From: a virus
Taxonomy: Duplodnaviria; Caudoviricetes
Strand: one strand, 5' to 3'
Length of the DNA: 63,453 nucleotides
IMG/VR virus record: IMGVR_UViG_3300046028_006969
Location: 1 to 63,453 of that record
The position numbers and the translations under genes were made by a program. Of this stretch, positions 9,632 to 19,619 are shown one piece after another. The notes beneath the pieces are model-generated. The model was not told the DNA's origin. It worked only from the letters and a program-made list of their open reading frames with translations, and did not search any database. Every line of letters starts with the position of its first letter. The first letter of the stretch is position 1.

Positions 9632-10477
9632 ATGAAAAATTTGATTATAGGAGGTTGTACCAATTATGGAATCAATCAATTAAAACCTTGGGTACTTTCA
9701 GTTAATGAAACAATGCCTGATGCAGATAAAGTAATGTGTGTTGGTAATGCATCCGCTGAAACTAGGAAATGGCTTGTTGATAATAATTTTAAATTGATTA
9801 ATATGCCACAAATGAATGTTCCTGTACATGTTTTGAGATTCCTATCAATCTATGAATATCTAAGAGAACATTGGCAAGAGTATGAATATGTTGTTACAAC
9901 TGATGTGAAAGATGTTTACTTCCAAACAAATCCATTTGTAAAATTGGCAATGACATCATATAAATTATTTGCTGGATCGGAAGGTTTGTTATACAAAGAT
10001 GAACCTTGGGGTAACGATAATCTTATGCAAGCTTATGGACCTTACATTCATGAAATATATAAAAATAACAAAATTTACAATGTTGGAACAATAGGTGGTT
10101 CTTCGGAATATGTAAAAGATTTGGTCTTCAATATATTCACTAATGCAATACATAGACCTATTCCTATTTGTGACCAAGCAGTTTATAATGTTTTAATACA
10201 AACCCAACCATATAAAGATTGTACCTTTTTTGCTGAACAAAGTGATGGCTGGGCATGCCAAGCAGGAACAACTGTTGACCCATCAAAAATTGCCAGTTTT
10301 AGACCTTTTCTAACAGAAGAAGAACCTAAATTTGTAGATGGTTTGGTTAAGACCTGTGATGGTGATACTTTTAGTATTGTACACCAATATGACAGAGTTC
10401 CCGAATGGAAAAGGTTTGTACAAGAAAAGTATGGACAAGATGATGAAACACAATTTTTTACTTATAGGACAACATAA
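9632..10477 (+). CDS. GT-A fold glycosyltransferase-like protein
   Basis: TDVKDVYFQTNPF, YNVGTIGG, DQAVYN and IVHQYDR motifs. Confidence 0.7.
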   Translation: MKNLIIGGCTNYGINQLKPWVLSVNETMPDADKVMCVGNASAETRKWLVDNNFKLINMPQMNVPVHVLRFLSIYEYLREHWQEYEYVVTTDVKDVYFQTNPFVKLAMTSYKLFAGSEGLLYKDEPWGNDNLMQAYGPYIHEIYKNNKIYNVGTIGGSSEYVKDLVFNIFTNAIHRPIPICDQAVYNVLIQTQPYKDCTFFAEQSDGWACQAGTTVDPSKIASFRPFLTEEEPKFVDGLVKTCDGDTFSIVHQYDRVPEWKRFVQEKYGQDDETQFFTYRTT

Positions 10478-11043
10478 TGAGCGACACAATAACTTTTAAT
10501 ACTGAAACGCAGGCTTTTGGTATGCAACATTCAAACAAGTGTTCCGGTCACGGACTTGGTGCTTTTATAAGGGTCATGGAAAATCCAATTGGTTTAGAAA
10601 TTGGTTGTGATATTGGAGATACAAGTAATTTTTTACTTGACTCTAACCCAACACTAGAATTAACTTCAATTGATCCATATGAAAATTATGTTGATTGGAA
10701 TGGAAACCATCTACATCAAAGAGAAGAAATGTATCATGGTGTAATGCAGAGATTGGATGGTTATTCAAACCGTTTTGAATTGATTCGTAGGACATCCGAT
10801 GATGCAGTAGAACTTTTTGTGGATGAATCTTTTGATTTCATCTTTATTGACGGCCTACATACTTACGAACAGTTAACTAAAGATTGTGCGAATTATTATT
10901 CTAAACTGAAATCTGGCGGCATTTTTGCTGGACATGATTTTACAGCAATCGAAGGTGTTAATCGTGCAGCAAAAGAATTTGCTTTACAAGTTGGTAGAGA
11001 AATTCATTTGACTGAAAAAGATGTTTGGTATTGGATTAAATAA
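10477..11043 (+). CDS. class I SAM methyltransferase (Methyltransf_24-like)
   Basis: LEIGCDIG, DFIFIDGLHTYE and GGIFAGHD motifs. Confidence 0.88.
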   Translation: MSDTITFNTETQAFGMQHSNKCSGHGLGAFIRVMENPIGLEIGCDIGDTSNFLLDSNPTLELTSIDPYENYVDWNGNHLHQREEMYHGVMQRLDGYSNRFELIRRTSDDAVELFVDESFDFIFIDGLHTYEQLTKDCANYYSKLKSGGIFAGHDFTAIEGVNRAAKEFALQVGREIHLTEKDVWYWIK

Positions 11044-11060
11044 TTAATGGAGATTTTGAT

Positions 11061-12095
11061 ATGAGTAAAAATGTTTTGATTACTGGAGGTTGTGGTTTTA
11101 TTGCCCACCATGTTATTGATTTGTTTATACAAAAAACAGATTGGAATATTACTACACTTGACCGGTTAGACTATTCAGGAAACTTGAATCGTTTACATGA
11201 AGTTTTAGAAAAATATGATGCACAAACTCGCAAAAGAGTTAACATCGTTTTTCATGACCTAAAGGCTGAAATCAATCCTTTGGTTGGTAACTTTATTCAC
11301 AGAAATGGTAAAATTGATACCATTCTACATCTTGCCGCTTCGTCACATGTTGACCGTTCCATTACACATCCGATGGAGTTCATTAATGATAATACTATTG
11401 GCACAGCGCATTTGCTTGAGTTTGCCCGTAGATTGGATAGTCTGGAAACTTTCTTGTATTTCAGTACCGATGAAATCTTTGGTGCTGCGCCTCCAGGAGT
11501 TGCTTACACCGAGCGCGCTAGATACAATTCAACTAATCCATATTCAGCTTCTAAAGCTGCGGCAGAAGAATTTTGTGTTGCGTATGAAAACACATACAAA
11601 ATGCCTATGATGATTACGCATACAATGAATGTGTTTGGTGAACGTCAGACTCCGGAGAAATTTATTCCTTTGTGTGTCGACCGTGTTCGTAAAAATGAAA
11701 AAATTTACATTCATTCTAACGCAGACAAGACCGAAGCAGGTAGTCGTTTCTATATCCATGCAGCTGATGTTGCAGAAGCTTTATTGTTTTTAATTACAAA
11801 GAAACCACAAACTCCTTCAGATTATGGTCTTGCAAAATGTGCAAAATTTAATATTGTGGGTAAAGAAGAAGTTGATAATTTAACACTTGCTAAACTTGTT
11901 GCTGAAGCTCAAGGTAAAGAACTAATTTATGAAATGCTTGATTTTCACAATTCAAGACCAGGACATGATTTGCGTTATGCACTAGATGGCAGTCTAATGA
12001 AGTCACTAGGTTGGGAACCAACGATTGCATTTAGTGAGAGAATTAAACAAGTAAGTGATTGGTACTTACAGAATACAAGGTGGTTAGAACTATGA
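11061..12095 (+). CDS. rmlB: dTDP-glucose 4,6-dehydratase
   Basis: ITGGCGFIA, HLAASSHVDRS, STDE, YSASK and RPGHDLRYA motifs. Confidence 0.9.
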   Translation: MSKNVLITGGCGFIAHHVIDLFIQKTDWNITTLDRLDYSGNLNRLHEVLEKYDAQTRKRVNIVFHDLKAEINPLVGNFIHRNGKIDTILHLAASSHVDRSITHPMEFINDNTIGTAHLLEFARRLDSLETFLYFSTDEIFGAAPPGVAYTERARYNSTNPYSASKAAAEEFCVAYENTYKMPMMITHTMNVFGERQTPEKFIPLCVDRVRKNEKIYIHSNADKTEAGSRFYIHAADVAEALLFLITKKPQTPSDYGLAKCAKFNIVGKEEVDNLTLAKLVAEAQGKELIYEMLDFHNSRPGHDLRYALDGSLMKSLGWEPTIAFSERIKQVSDWYLQNTRWLEL

Positions 12096-13300
12096 ACGAT
12101 TGTGAAGTAATTAATGAATGTATTGCATGTGGTAGTACAGAACTTGTTCCTGTTTTGGATTTGGGTTCACAACCATTAGCAAATTCTTACAAAAATACTA
12201 AATCTGAACATGAGAATCATTATCCCTTGGCGATTAATCGTTGCAAACATTGCTTTCATGTACAACTAACGCATCGTGTTAATCCTGATCTAATGTACAA
12301 GGATTACTTGTATGTTTCAGGCACAACGAAAACTCAATTAGATTACTTTGATTGGTTTGCTAGATTTGCGGCTGAAAAATATGGTTCAAAACCAATTTCT
12401 GCTTTAGATATTGGTTGTAATGATGGAAGTCAACTAGACTATTTCAAAAAATATGGCCTGTTTACTTTTGGTGTGGACCCAGCAGAAAATCTATATGCAA
12501 CATCATCAAAGAATCATACTGTTTCATGTGGATACTTCACAGGAAAAGAATTTGGTAATAAGAAATTTGATATCATTACCTGCCAGAATGCATTTGCACA
12601 TAACTTCAACCAATTAGATTTATTGGAAAATGTTAGAGAAGTTATGCATGATGATAGTTTATTGTTCGCAACCACATCACAATCTGATATGATTTTGAAT
12701 GGAGAATTTGATACAATTTATCATGAACATCTTTCTTTCTACAACATTAAATCAATTGATGCTCTATGTAAGAGAGCCAATTTAAATTTGGTTGATGTAG
12801 TTAAGAGTCCTGTACATGGAACAAGTTATATCTTTATTATCTCGAAATCAAAGTCTGCACCTGCACACATTTCAAATCTAATTGATCTTGAGGCACAAAA
12901 AGGCCTTTATACAGAAAAGACATATGATGAATATGCAGAAAATTGTTTGAATAACGTTAAAAAGTTTGCTTCAATTATTAGAGATATGAGAAACACTGGT
13001 CTTCTTGTAGTTGGTTATGGTGCACCTGCAAAAGGCAATACTTTAATGAATTTTGCACAAGAAGGTCCAGATTTTATCATCGATGATAACCCACTCAAAC
13101 AGGGAATGTTCACACCAGGAAGTTCTGTACCAATTTTTGGAACTGAATATTTTAAATCTCAGTTTGCTGATGTAGATAAGCTTTGTATAATTCCTCTTGC
13201 ATGGAATTTTTATAATGAAATTAAAATAAGAACAAAGAATATTAGACCTAACAAGAATGATATTTTTGTACGTTATTTTCCAGAATTTAAGGTTGAATAA
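12092..13300 (+). CDS. NDP-hexose C-methyltransferase (Zn-binding Methyltransf_13 + Methyltransf_14)
   Basis: CIACG..LDLGSQPLAN, LDIGCNDG, FDTIYHEH, GYGAPAKGNTL and LAWNF motifs. Confidence 0.88.
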   Translation: MNDCEVINECIACGSTELVPVLDLGSQPLANSYKNTKSEHENHYPLAINRCKHCFHVQLTHRVNPDLMYKDYLYVSGTTKTQLDYFDWFARFAAEKYGSKPISALDIGCNDGSQLDYFKKYGLFTFGVDPAENLYATSSKNHTVSCGYFTGKEFGNKKFDIITCQNAFAHNFNQLDLLENVREVMHDDSLLFATTSQSDMILNGEFDTIYHEHLSFYNIKSIDALCKRANLNLVDVVKSPVHGTSYIFIISKSKSAPAHISNLIDLEAQKGLYTEKTYDEYAENCLNNVKKFASIIRDMRNTGLLVVGYGAPAKGNTLMNFAQEGPDFIIDDNPLKQGMFTPGSSVPIFGTEYFKSQFADVDKLCIIPLAWNFYNEIKIRTKNIRPNKNDIFVRYFPEFKVE

Positions 13301-14028
13301 TGGCGAATCTGATTATATGTCCTGTTGGCATGGAAATGCCTCATGATCCAAGATGGAAAAAAGAAGACCATTGGCGTTGGACAAACAATGACCGTGATTA
13401 TGAAACACTGTTAGTTGTCTATAATGATTTTGTTCCAGAACCAGGTTCATACGACCACATGATCCGAAAAAAAGGACATAAATGGCAACTTGTTAAGGAA
13501 GTGGCTAAAGATATTCCTGTCGGTAAATATAATTACATTGGTTGTGTTGATGATGACTTGATTACTGGATATCAAGACTTTAACAAAGGTTTACAGTTAG
13601 CTCAAACATTCGAATTTCAATACTGGCAACTTTCAATGCCACATGATTCTAGTTTAATTTATCAACCACTATTCAATGATCCTACTTGCGATTTTAGTGA
13701 AAGCAATTTCATTGAAATGGGTTCTTGTTTCTTTACGGAAGAAAAATTCAGATTTTTGGTTGAATTCATCGGCCATTGGGATTTGGAAATTGCATGGGGT
13801 ATTGACAAAACATTCTATGATTTGTTCCAGTGTTCATCACATGTTGTACATTCTGGTATGATTCATCAACCATTTAGAGATAGTTACTACGACAAACAAA
13901 AGGCTATGGATGAAATGAATGATTATTTGTATAACAAATATCCATCTATACTCAAACAACACTATGGCCGTCAATCTAATTTCATTGACAGACAAGAAAC
14001 ATTAAGAAAATTTAAAATACAAGCATGA
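13300..14028 (+). CDS. DUF707-like putative glycosyltransferase
   Basis: KGHKW, DDDL, SNFIEMG and AWGID motifs. Confidence 0.55.
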   Translation: MANLIICPVGMEMPHDPRWKKEDHWRWTNNDRDYETLLVVYNDFVPEPGSYDHMIRKKGHKWQLVKEVAKDIPVGKYNYIGCVDDDLITGYQDFNKGLQLAQTFEFQYWQLSMPHDSSLIYQPLFNDPTCDFSESNFIEMGSCFFTEEKFRFLVEFIGHWDLEIAWGIDKTFYDLFQCSSHVVHSGMIHQPFRDSYYDKQKAMDEMNDYLYNKYPSILKQHYGRQSNFIDRQETLRKFKIQA

Positions 14029-14834
14029 AAAAGTACTTATATTACCACATATACTTGACAGAAGAAACTGGTTGCTGGTATAATCATTTCTTAGAACAAG
14101 TGGTTTCAATTATTGATTGTGGCCTTTATGAACACATGGAGAAAATGTATATTGTTTGTATAGGTAAAAAATCTGAAGTTGAAATGTTTACTGGTATATG
14201 TAATACATTTGGTAAAATTGAAATACTTGAAAAGATTATTTTAGATGATGATGTAGAAGAAAATCTATCATTGCAACATATTTCAAAAATCGATTATCAA
14301 AAGAAAAACATAACTGACGAAACATGGACAATGAAACATTTGCAAGACCATGCAAAACGTGAAGATGCTCATTTCTTGTATTTTCATGCCAAAGGAATTA
14401 CTGTTCCCTGGAGAATGAGAGAAGAAAAAATCTATCAACCATTTGTAAATTATTATTTTTGGAGAAAGTTTCTACAATGGGGTTGTATTGAGAATTGGAA
14501 ACTATGTACAGATAAATTACAAGATAACTCTGCTGCAGGTGTCAACTTTGGTACTTGGCCTGTTCCACACTACTCCGGTGGCTTCTGGTGGACAAAATCA
14601 GAATATGTTAATAAACTTCCAGACATTAAAGAGAATGATTGGTGGGATGAAATGAGAAGAACCACACCATTAAACACTTTTGATTCTAATAGAAATAAAC
14701 CAGAAATGTGGATAGGTTCAAAATTCAATAATGATTTTTTCAATATTGTTAGTCACCCTATCATGCCACCTGTTGGCACACTAGTCCAAAATACATGGCC
14801 TAGATATTGTTATGAAGGAATTGTCAAAAAATGA
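14025..14834 (+). CDS. hypothetical glycosyltransferase-like protein
   Basis: LYFHAKG, HYSGGFWW and EMWIG motifs; lies within the sugar cluster. Confidence 0.5.
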   Translation: MKKYLYYHIYLTEETGCWYNHFLEQVVSIIDCGLYEHMEKMYIVCIGKKSEVEMFTGICNTFGKIEILEKIILDDDVEENLSLQHISKIDYQKKNITDETWTMKHLQDHAKREDAHFLYFHAKGITVPWRMREEKIYQPFVNYYFWRKFLQWGCIENWKLCTDKLQDNSAAGVNFGTWPVPHYSGGFWWTKSEYVNKLPDIKENDWWDEMRRTTPLNTFDSNRNKPEMWIGSKFNNDFFNIVSHPIMPPVGTLVQNTWPRYCYEGIVKK

Positions 14835-15523
14835 AAAATATATTTTTAGTTACATCATGTATGCAACCAACTTTTGGAGTTATTAATCTGGAAGATAGGT
14901 ATAAACAAACATTAGAAACATTTGAAAGTATTAGAAATAAGACTGAAGAATCTTTCATTATGTTTACAGACAGTTCTGTGACTCCAATTGAACAGAGTAA
15001 AATAGACAACATTAAATCAAAAGTTGACGTTTATTTAGATTTAAGTAAAGACCAGCAAGCGCAACAATTTAATACACATGAACAATTAAAGAGTTTTGGT
15101 GAGAACTTTCTTTTATTGTCAAGCATAAATTACTTGAAAAAGGAATATAATTTTGCAAACATGAAAGGTCGTATGTTCAAGCTTGGTGGTCGAAGTAAAC
15201 TCCAAGATAACTTTAATATGAGAGATTATGACAATACAGAAGGCAAATTCATCTTTAAGAAACGTCTGAACAGTTGGATGTCTGTAGAAGTACAGAAACA
15301 ATTTGGTTCCACACACATTTTAGAAACCAGAATGTATTCGTGGTGTCTTTCACTGGTGGATGAATATGAACAGATAATTCTCAAGAACTTTGGTACAATG
15401 AACAAGGGTTTGGATACTGAACATTGTCATTTTCTCAATGTTCCTAAAGATAAACTGATAGAAGTTGATATGTTGAATGTTGGAACCACAATTGCCAGAA
15501 CCGGCGATTATATGTTGGATTGA
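14831..15523 (+). CDS. hypothetical protein (possible GT-like)
   Basis: 230 aa; RYKQTLET and FKLGGR motifs; last gene of the sugar cluster. Confidence 0.6.
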   Translation: MKNIFLVTSCMQPTFGVINLEDRYKQTLETFESIRNKTEESFIMFTDSSVTPIEQSKIDNIKSKVDVYLDLSKDQQAQQFNTHEQLKSFGENFLLLSSINYLKKEYNFANMKGRMFKLGGRSKLQDNFNMRDYDNTEGKFIFKKRLNSWMSVEVQKQFGSTHILETRMYSWCLSLVDEYEQIILKNFGTMNKGLDTEHCHFLNVPKDKLIEVDMLNVGTTIARTGDYMLD

Positions 15524-15587
15524 TGTTTTTCGTCGATATGTATCTAACCGAATATTTCAAAAAGGGTTAATATCAATTAAAAAGTTT

Positions 15588-15595
15588 TATAAATA
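15588..15595 (+). promoter_or_regulatory. T4-type late promoter TATAAATA
   Basis: Exact consensus 50 nt upstream of the ORF at 15638. Confidence 0.75.
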
Positions 15596-15637
15596 ACTTA
15601 TGGTAACCAAAGTGTGTTACAATTCTAAAGGCAGTTA

Positions 15638-16084
15638 ATGAAAACTTTTATATCTTTTCTAAAAGAAGAAGCGGAATCAGAAGGTTCGGCTTTAAAGCAC
15701 ATCCATCACGCAGAAGACCGTCCACTAATGCACGGAGCCGAAGGGTTTGAACACGCGCATGGCGCACTCATGCAAGCACACGAACACATGAAGGCGAAGG
15801 CTAACAATAGTAATTTGACCATGAAATATGATGGTTCACCTGCAATTGTCTTTGGCCACCATCCAAAAACAGGTAAATTCTTTGTTGCTAGTAAATCCGC
15901 ATTCAACAAGACACCAAAAATCAATCACACAGAAAAAGATATTGATAGAAACCATGGCCATGCGCCTGGACTTGCATCAAAACTTAAAGCTGCACTAAAA
16001 CATTTACCTAAAGTGACACCAAAACAAGGTGTATATCAAGGCGATATGATGCATTCCTCAGAGGATTTACACCACCATGACTAA
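15638..16084 (+). CDS. DUF6267-like ligase/nucleotidyltransferase-fold protein, N-terminal part (His-rich)
   Basis: CTS-like MKTFISFLKEE; motif I-like TMKYDGSP; motif III-like VYQGD; 18 His in 148 aa. Confidence 0.65.
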   Translation: MKTFISFLKEEAESEGSALKHIHHAEDRPLMHGAEGFEHAHGALMQAHEHMKAKANNSNLTMKYDGSPAIVFGHHPKTGKFFVASKSAFNKTPKINHTEKDIDRNHGHAPGLASKLKAALKHLPKVTPKQGVYQGDMMHSSEDLHHHD

Positions 16085-16832
16085 AAAAGTATCGTTTACT
16101 CCAAATACAATCACTTACACCGCTAAGGGTGATGAAGCTAAAAATATTGGTGCGTCTAAAGTTGGTGTAGTAGTCCACACAAAATACCATGGTTCAGACA
16201 TTAGTAACATGTCTGCACACCATGATGTAGACCACCACAACTTCAAACAACATAAAGATGTACAGCATCACGGTGCAGAACATGATACTGCAAAAGTTGA
16301 TTATCCAGAACATGCTCAGAGTGAATTCCATAAACACATGGCTGCAGCAAAAGCAATCCATGATACACACGGTGAAAAAATGTATCCTGCGACTGATAGG
16401 CACAGGGGCGAAAATACACATCTAACGACATACATCAATAAGACGGTTGACACTGGAGAAGTTCCTAGTGTCTCAGGATTGAAGAATCACATCAAAACTC
16501 AACACACCAAAATGGCGGATAAAGTTAAAACTGATAAATCCAAACAGACAAAAATTGATGCCGGTAAAGAACATAATTCCCATATTGAGAAAAACAAAGA
16601 GCATTATCAGAATCTTTTGACAATGCATCATCATTTAGCACAAGCTAAGAACACTCTAGTTAAACATCTAGAAGGCCATGAAGGTCACTATGAACATCAC
16701 ATTAGTGGTGTAAAATCTAAACCAGAAGGATTTGTGGTTCATCATACTCCTGAAGGTGGAAAAACTGAACCAACAAAGCTAGTAAATAGAGCAGAGTTCG
16801 CAAGACAAAACAGACTGAAAGTGAGAAAATAA
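16077..16832 (+). CDS. DUF6267-like protein, C-terminal part (His-rich)
   Basis: FTPNTITY, motif IV-like PEGFVV and motif V-like KLVNRAEF; 32 His in 251 aa; +1 frame relative to the upstream ORF. Confidence 0.65.
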   Translation: MTKKVSFTPNTITYTAKGDEAKNIGASKVGVVVHTKYHGSDISNMSAHHDVDHHNFKQHKDVQHHGAEHDTAKVDYPEHAQSEFHKHMAAAKAIHDTHGEKMYPATDRHRGENTHLTTYINKTVDTGEVPSVSGLKNHIKTQHTKMADKVKTDKSKQTKIDAGKEHNSHIEKNKEHYQNLLTMHHHLAQAKNTLVKHLEGHEGHYEHHISGVKSKPEGFVVHHTPEGGKTEPTKLVNRAEFARQNRLKVRK

Positions 16833-17870
16833 ATGATAGACTTACAAAAGAAACTTTATTGGGAAAGAGCCGGTATAGCTTTAGATGAAGAAGGTTTGCC
16901 AATTCTTACTGAAGGCCGCGGCAAAATTTCAGCTTCAGGTGCTGTTGCAGATTCTCATATTAAAAAATATTTAATGCCGCATGTGGGTTCAAAAACTCAT
17001 ACTCATACATTAGCTTCCGAACATGATGATTTACCTAAAGGTTCTCATGTAAAAATTCATGGTGTTGAAAAACATTATAATGTTGTTACAGGAAAACACC
17101 AAACACATGTTCATGTTGAAGATGAAGTTGGTAATCACCACACAATGCTTGCTTCAAAATTACACAAACCAGGTGAAGCTCCAGAAAATAAAGGACATGA
17201 TTATGAGAACAAATTTGTTGCAAGACTAAAACATCATGGCATTATGCCTCACCACATGTCTGGTGCAGGTTCAACTGGTGGTACCGATTTTGCTGTTGAG
17301 AATAAGAAAAAAGGTAAATTTCACGCAGGTTCGGTTTCTGGTGGTTTACTTAACGGTGAAACTAAGAATGGTGTTACTGCCGCAATGGGCCAATTGACAA
17401 TACACCACACAAAAGAAAAAGGTTGGCATGTTGGTGATGCAGCTAAAAAGAAAAGACCAGAATATGCAAAACATATTGAAAAATCTGGTGTTCTTGCTCA
17501 CATGAATAAACATGAACCAAGTCCTGATAAAGCCAGTTCAACTGAATCTGGTCGTGCAAAAACAACTGTAATTAAACATCCAAATTTACATCCAGCTGAA
17601 GGTTATTTAAAAGACCACCATGTACATGTATTACAAGTTGGAGGCCACGGCACTTACCGAGTTGGTGAACATGATGAAACTGGCCACGGTTTACCTAAGA
17701 TTTCAGGTAAAGGTGAATGGAGAATCAGAGAAAAACAAAAAGGCAACAAAACGGCAAGAACCGTTGCTTTCCATCCTGATGGAAAAAAAGGCCTAAACAA
17801 GAGTCATGTCGATTTAGACAGTGATGAACATATGGAAAAATTCAAAAAAACTTTGGGCCACACAAACTAA
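16833..17870 (+). CDS. His-rich protein with a possible PD-(D/E)xK nuclease fold
   Basis: GHDYENK...GTDF...NGETK pattern; LTE protease-type site near the N-terminus. Confidence 0.5.
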   Translation: MIDLQKKLYWERAGIALDEEGLPILTEGRGKISASGAVADSHIKKYLMPHVGSKTHTHTLASEHDDLPKGSHVKIHGVEKHYNVVTGKHQTHVHVEDEVGNHHTMLASKLHKPGEAPENKGHDYENKFVARLKHHGIMPHHMSGAGSTGGTDFAVENKKKGKFHAGSVSGGLLNGETKNGVTAAMGQLTIHHTKEKGWHVGDAAKKKRPEYAKHIEKSGVLAHMNKHEPSPDKASSTESGRAKTTVIKHPNLHPAEGYLKDHHVHVLQVGGHGTYRVGEHDETGHGLPKISGKGEWRIREKQKGNKTARTVAFHPDGKKGLNKSHVDLDSDEHMEKFKKTLGHTN

Positions 17871-19619
17871 ATGAAATCCTTTTTAGAAGTTATACAAGAA
17901 AAAGTAACTGGTGAATCTCACCATGTAATGTCCTTTGGCCGGATGAATCCTCCGACTACTGGCCATTTGAAACTTATTGACAAAGTAAAAGAAGTTGCAA
18001 AGAAACAAGATGCAGAGCACTCTGTTGTTGTTTCTCATTCACAAGATACAAAGAAAAACCCACTGTCGGCTGCTCAGAAATTAAAACACTTAAAGAGATA
18101 TTCTCCAGATACAAATTTTGAGGCGTCTTCTAAAGAGAAACCAACATTCTTACAACATGCAGCTGAATTAAATAAAAAAGGTGTAACACATTTACACATG
18201 GTCGTTGGTTCTGACCGTGTTAAAGAAATGCACGATAAGTTGCACCAGTACAATGGAACACATCCTGGTGCTCTACATAATTTCAAGAAGATAACTGTTC
18301 ATTCTGCTGGTCAGAGAGACCCGGACGCTGAAGGAACAGAAGGAATGTCAGGCACCAAGATGCGTGAACATGCCAAGAATAATGATTTAAAATCATTCAG
18401 AAAAGGTGTTCCCACGCATGTACCTGAACATCATGCAAAAGAATTAATGCACGATGTTCGTAAAGGAATGGGTTTACACGAAGATTACAGTTATGGTCGC
18501 CATAAAGCAATCTTCGTGACTGGTGGTCCAGGTTCAGGTAAAGACATTATTGTCCGTGAATGCATTGCTTCACAAAAGATTGTTGAGCATAATTTCTCAC
18601 AAGTTTTGGATATCTTAAATGATAAACACAAGCTTGCAATGAGGTCTATGAATCCAAAATATGAGTCTGTAAGAACTCGTAGTCCCTTGATTATTAATGG
18701 ACCAGCAGACGATTTGGAAAAGATTGGCCGTATCAAAGAAGAATTAGAAGAACTTGGTTATCAAACAATGATGGTGTTTGTTGATACGACAGATAATGTA
18801 AGTAAAGAAAGAAATACATTATTGTCTAAGATGATGATGGAATCTATTCGCCAAGACAAATGGCAGAAAGCACAAGAGAATGCAGAAAAACTTATAGAAA
18901 TGTTTACAGATTTTGTAAGATTTGATAACTCTGGTGTCTTGGAATCAAAAGAAGAAGATATTACAGAAACTTACAATCTGACAAAAGAGTTTCTATCTTC
19001 CAGTTCTATTATAGAATCTTTGCAAAACGGTAATCGTTTCAAAGGTCTCTACGAAAGTTCTAAGACTAAGATTAAAGTATTGAAAGACAATAATAGTCCA
19101 TTCATGCAGTTTCAGAAAAAGTTAGGTAAGCAAGATGATGTGCGTGACGGTGATGAAAAGTCAAACAGTACATATGCGTTTAGGACTTATGCGGAAGCCA
19201 ATTTCAATAAAGACAAAGAAACTGATAAAAAGAAAACTGCATTATCTGCCGGCCGAGTTGGTGATCCAGGTGGTATTGGTCCAACAATGAATGCAAGAAG
19301 TGGTGGTGGTTCTAGTTCTGCTGGTGCTGGATTAGGCAATCAAACATATAGTGAAGCAGAAGAATTCGACAATAAGAATGTCGCTGCACCAGGTTTGGAT
19401 GCTAAACCAAAAAATGTTAATCCAAATCCACTAGGTGAAAAGAAAAGAATTAAAGGTTTCAAAGAGTCTGTATATTCAGGTGAAACTGGAAATGAAATGG
19501 GAGTTGTGGGTGTTATGGGTGGTGCAATGAATAAAGAACCTCTGGTTATGCCTACAGATAAATACATCAAATCGGGTATTACGATTAAAAAATCAAAAGA
19601 AAAATCAGGAGCAAAATAA
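17871..19619 (+). CDS. cytidyltransferase-like (HxGH family) domain fused to a P-loop kinase-like domain
   Basis: [17 protein letters not shown] and MSGTKMR motifs, then [13 protein letters not shown]; CTS-like [10 protein letters not shown]. Confidence 0.8.
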   Translation: MKSFLEVIQEKVTGESHHVMSFGRMNPPTTGHLKLIDKVKEVAKKQDAEHSVVVSHSQDTKKNPLSAAQKLKHLKRYSPDTNFEASSKEKPTFLQHAAELNKKGVTHLHMVVGSDRVKEMHDKLHQYNGTHPGALHNFKKITVHSAGQRDPDAEGTEGMSGTKMREHAKNNDLKSFRKGVPTHVPEHHAKELMHDVRKGMGLHEDYSYGRHKAIFVTGGPGSGKDIIVRECIASQKIVEHNFSQVLDILNDKHKLAMRSMNPKYESVRTRSPLIINGPADDLEKIGRIKEELEELGYQTMMVFVDTTDNVSKERNTLLSKMMMESIRQDKWQKAQENAEKLIEMFTDFVRFDNSGVLESKEEDITETYNLTKEFLSSSSIIESLQNGNRFKGLYESSKTKIKVLKDNNSPFMQFQKKLGKQDDVRDGDEKSNSTYAFRTYAEANFNKDKETDKKKTALSAGRVGDPGGIGPTMNARSGGGSSSAGAGLGNQTYSEAEEFDNKNVAAPGLDAKPKNVNPNPLGEKKRIKGFKESVYSGETGNEMGVVGVMGGAMNKEPLVMPTDKYIKSGITIKKSKEKSGAK

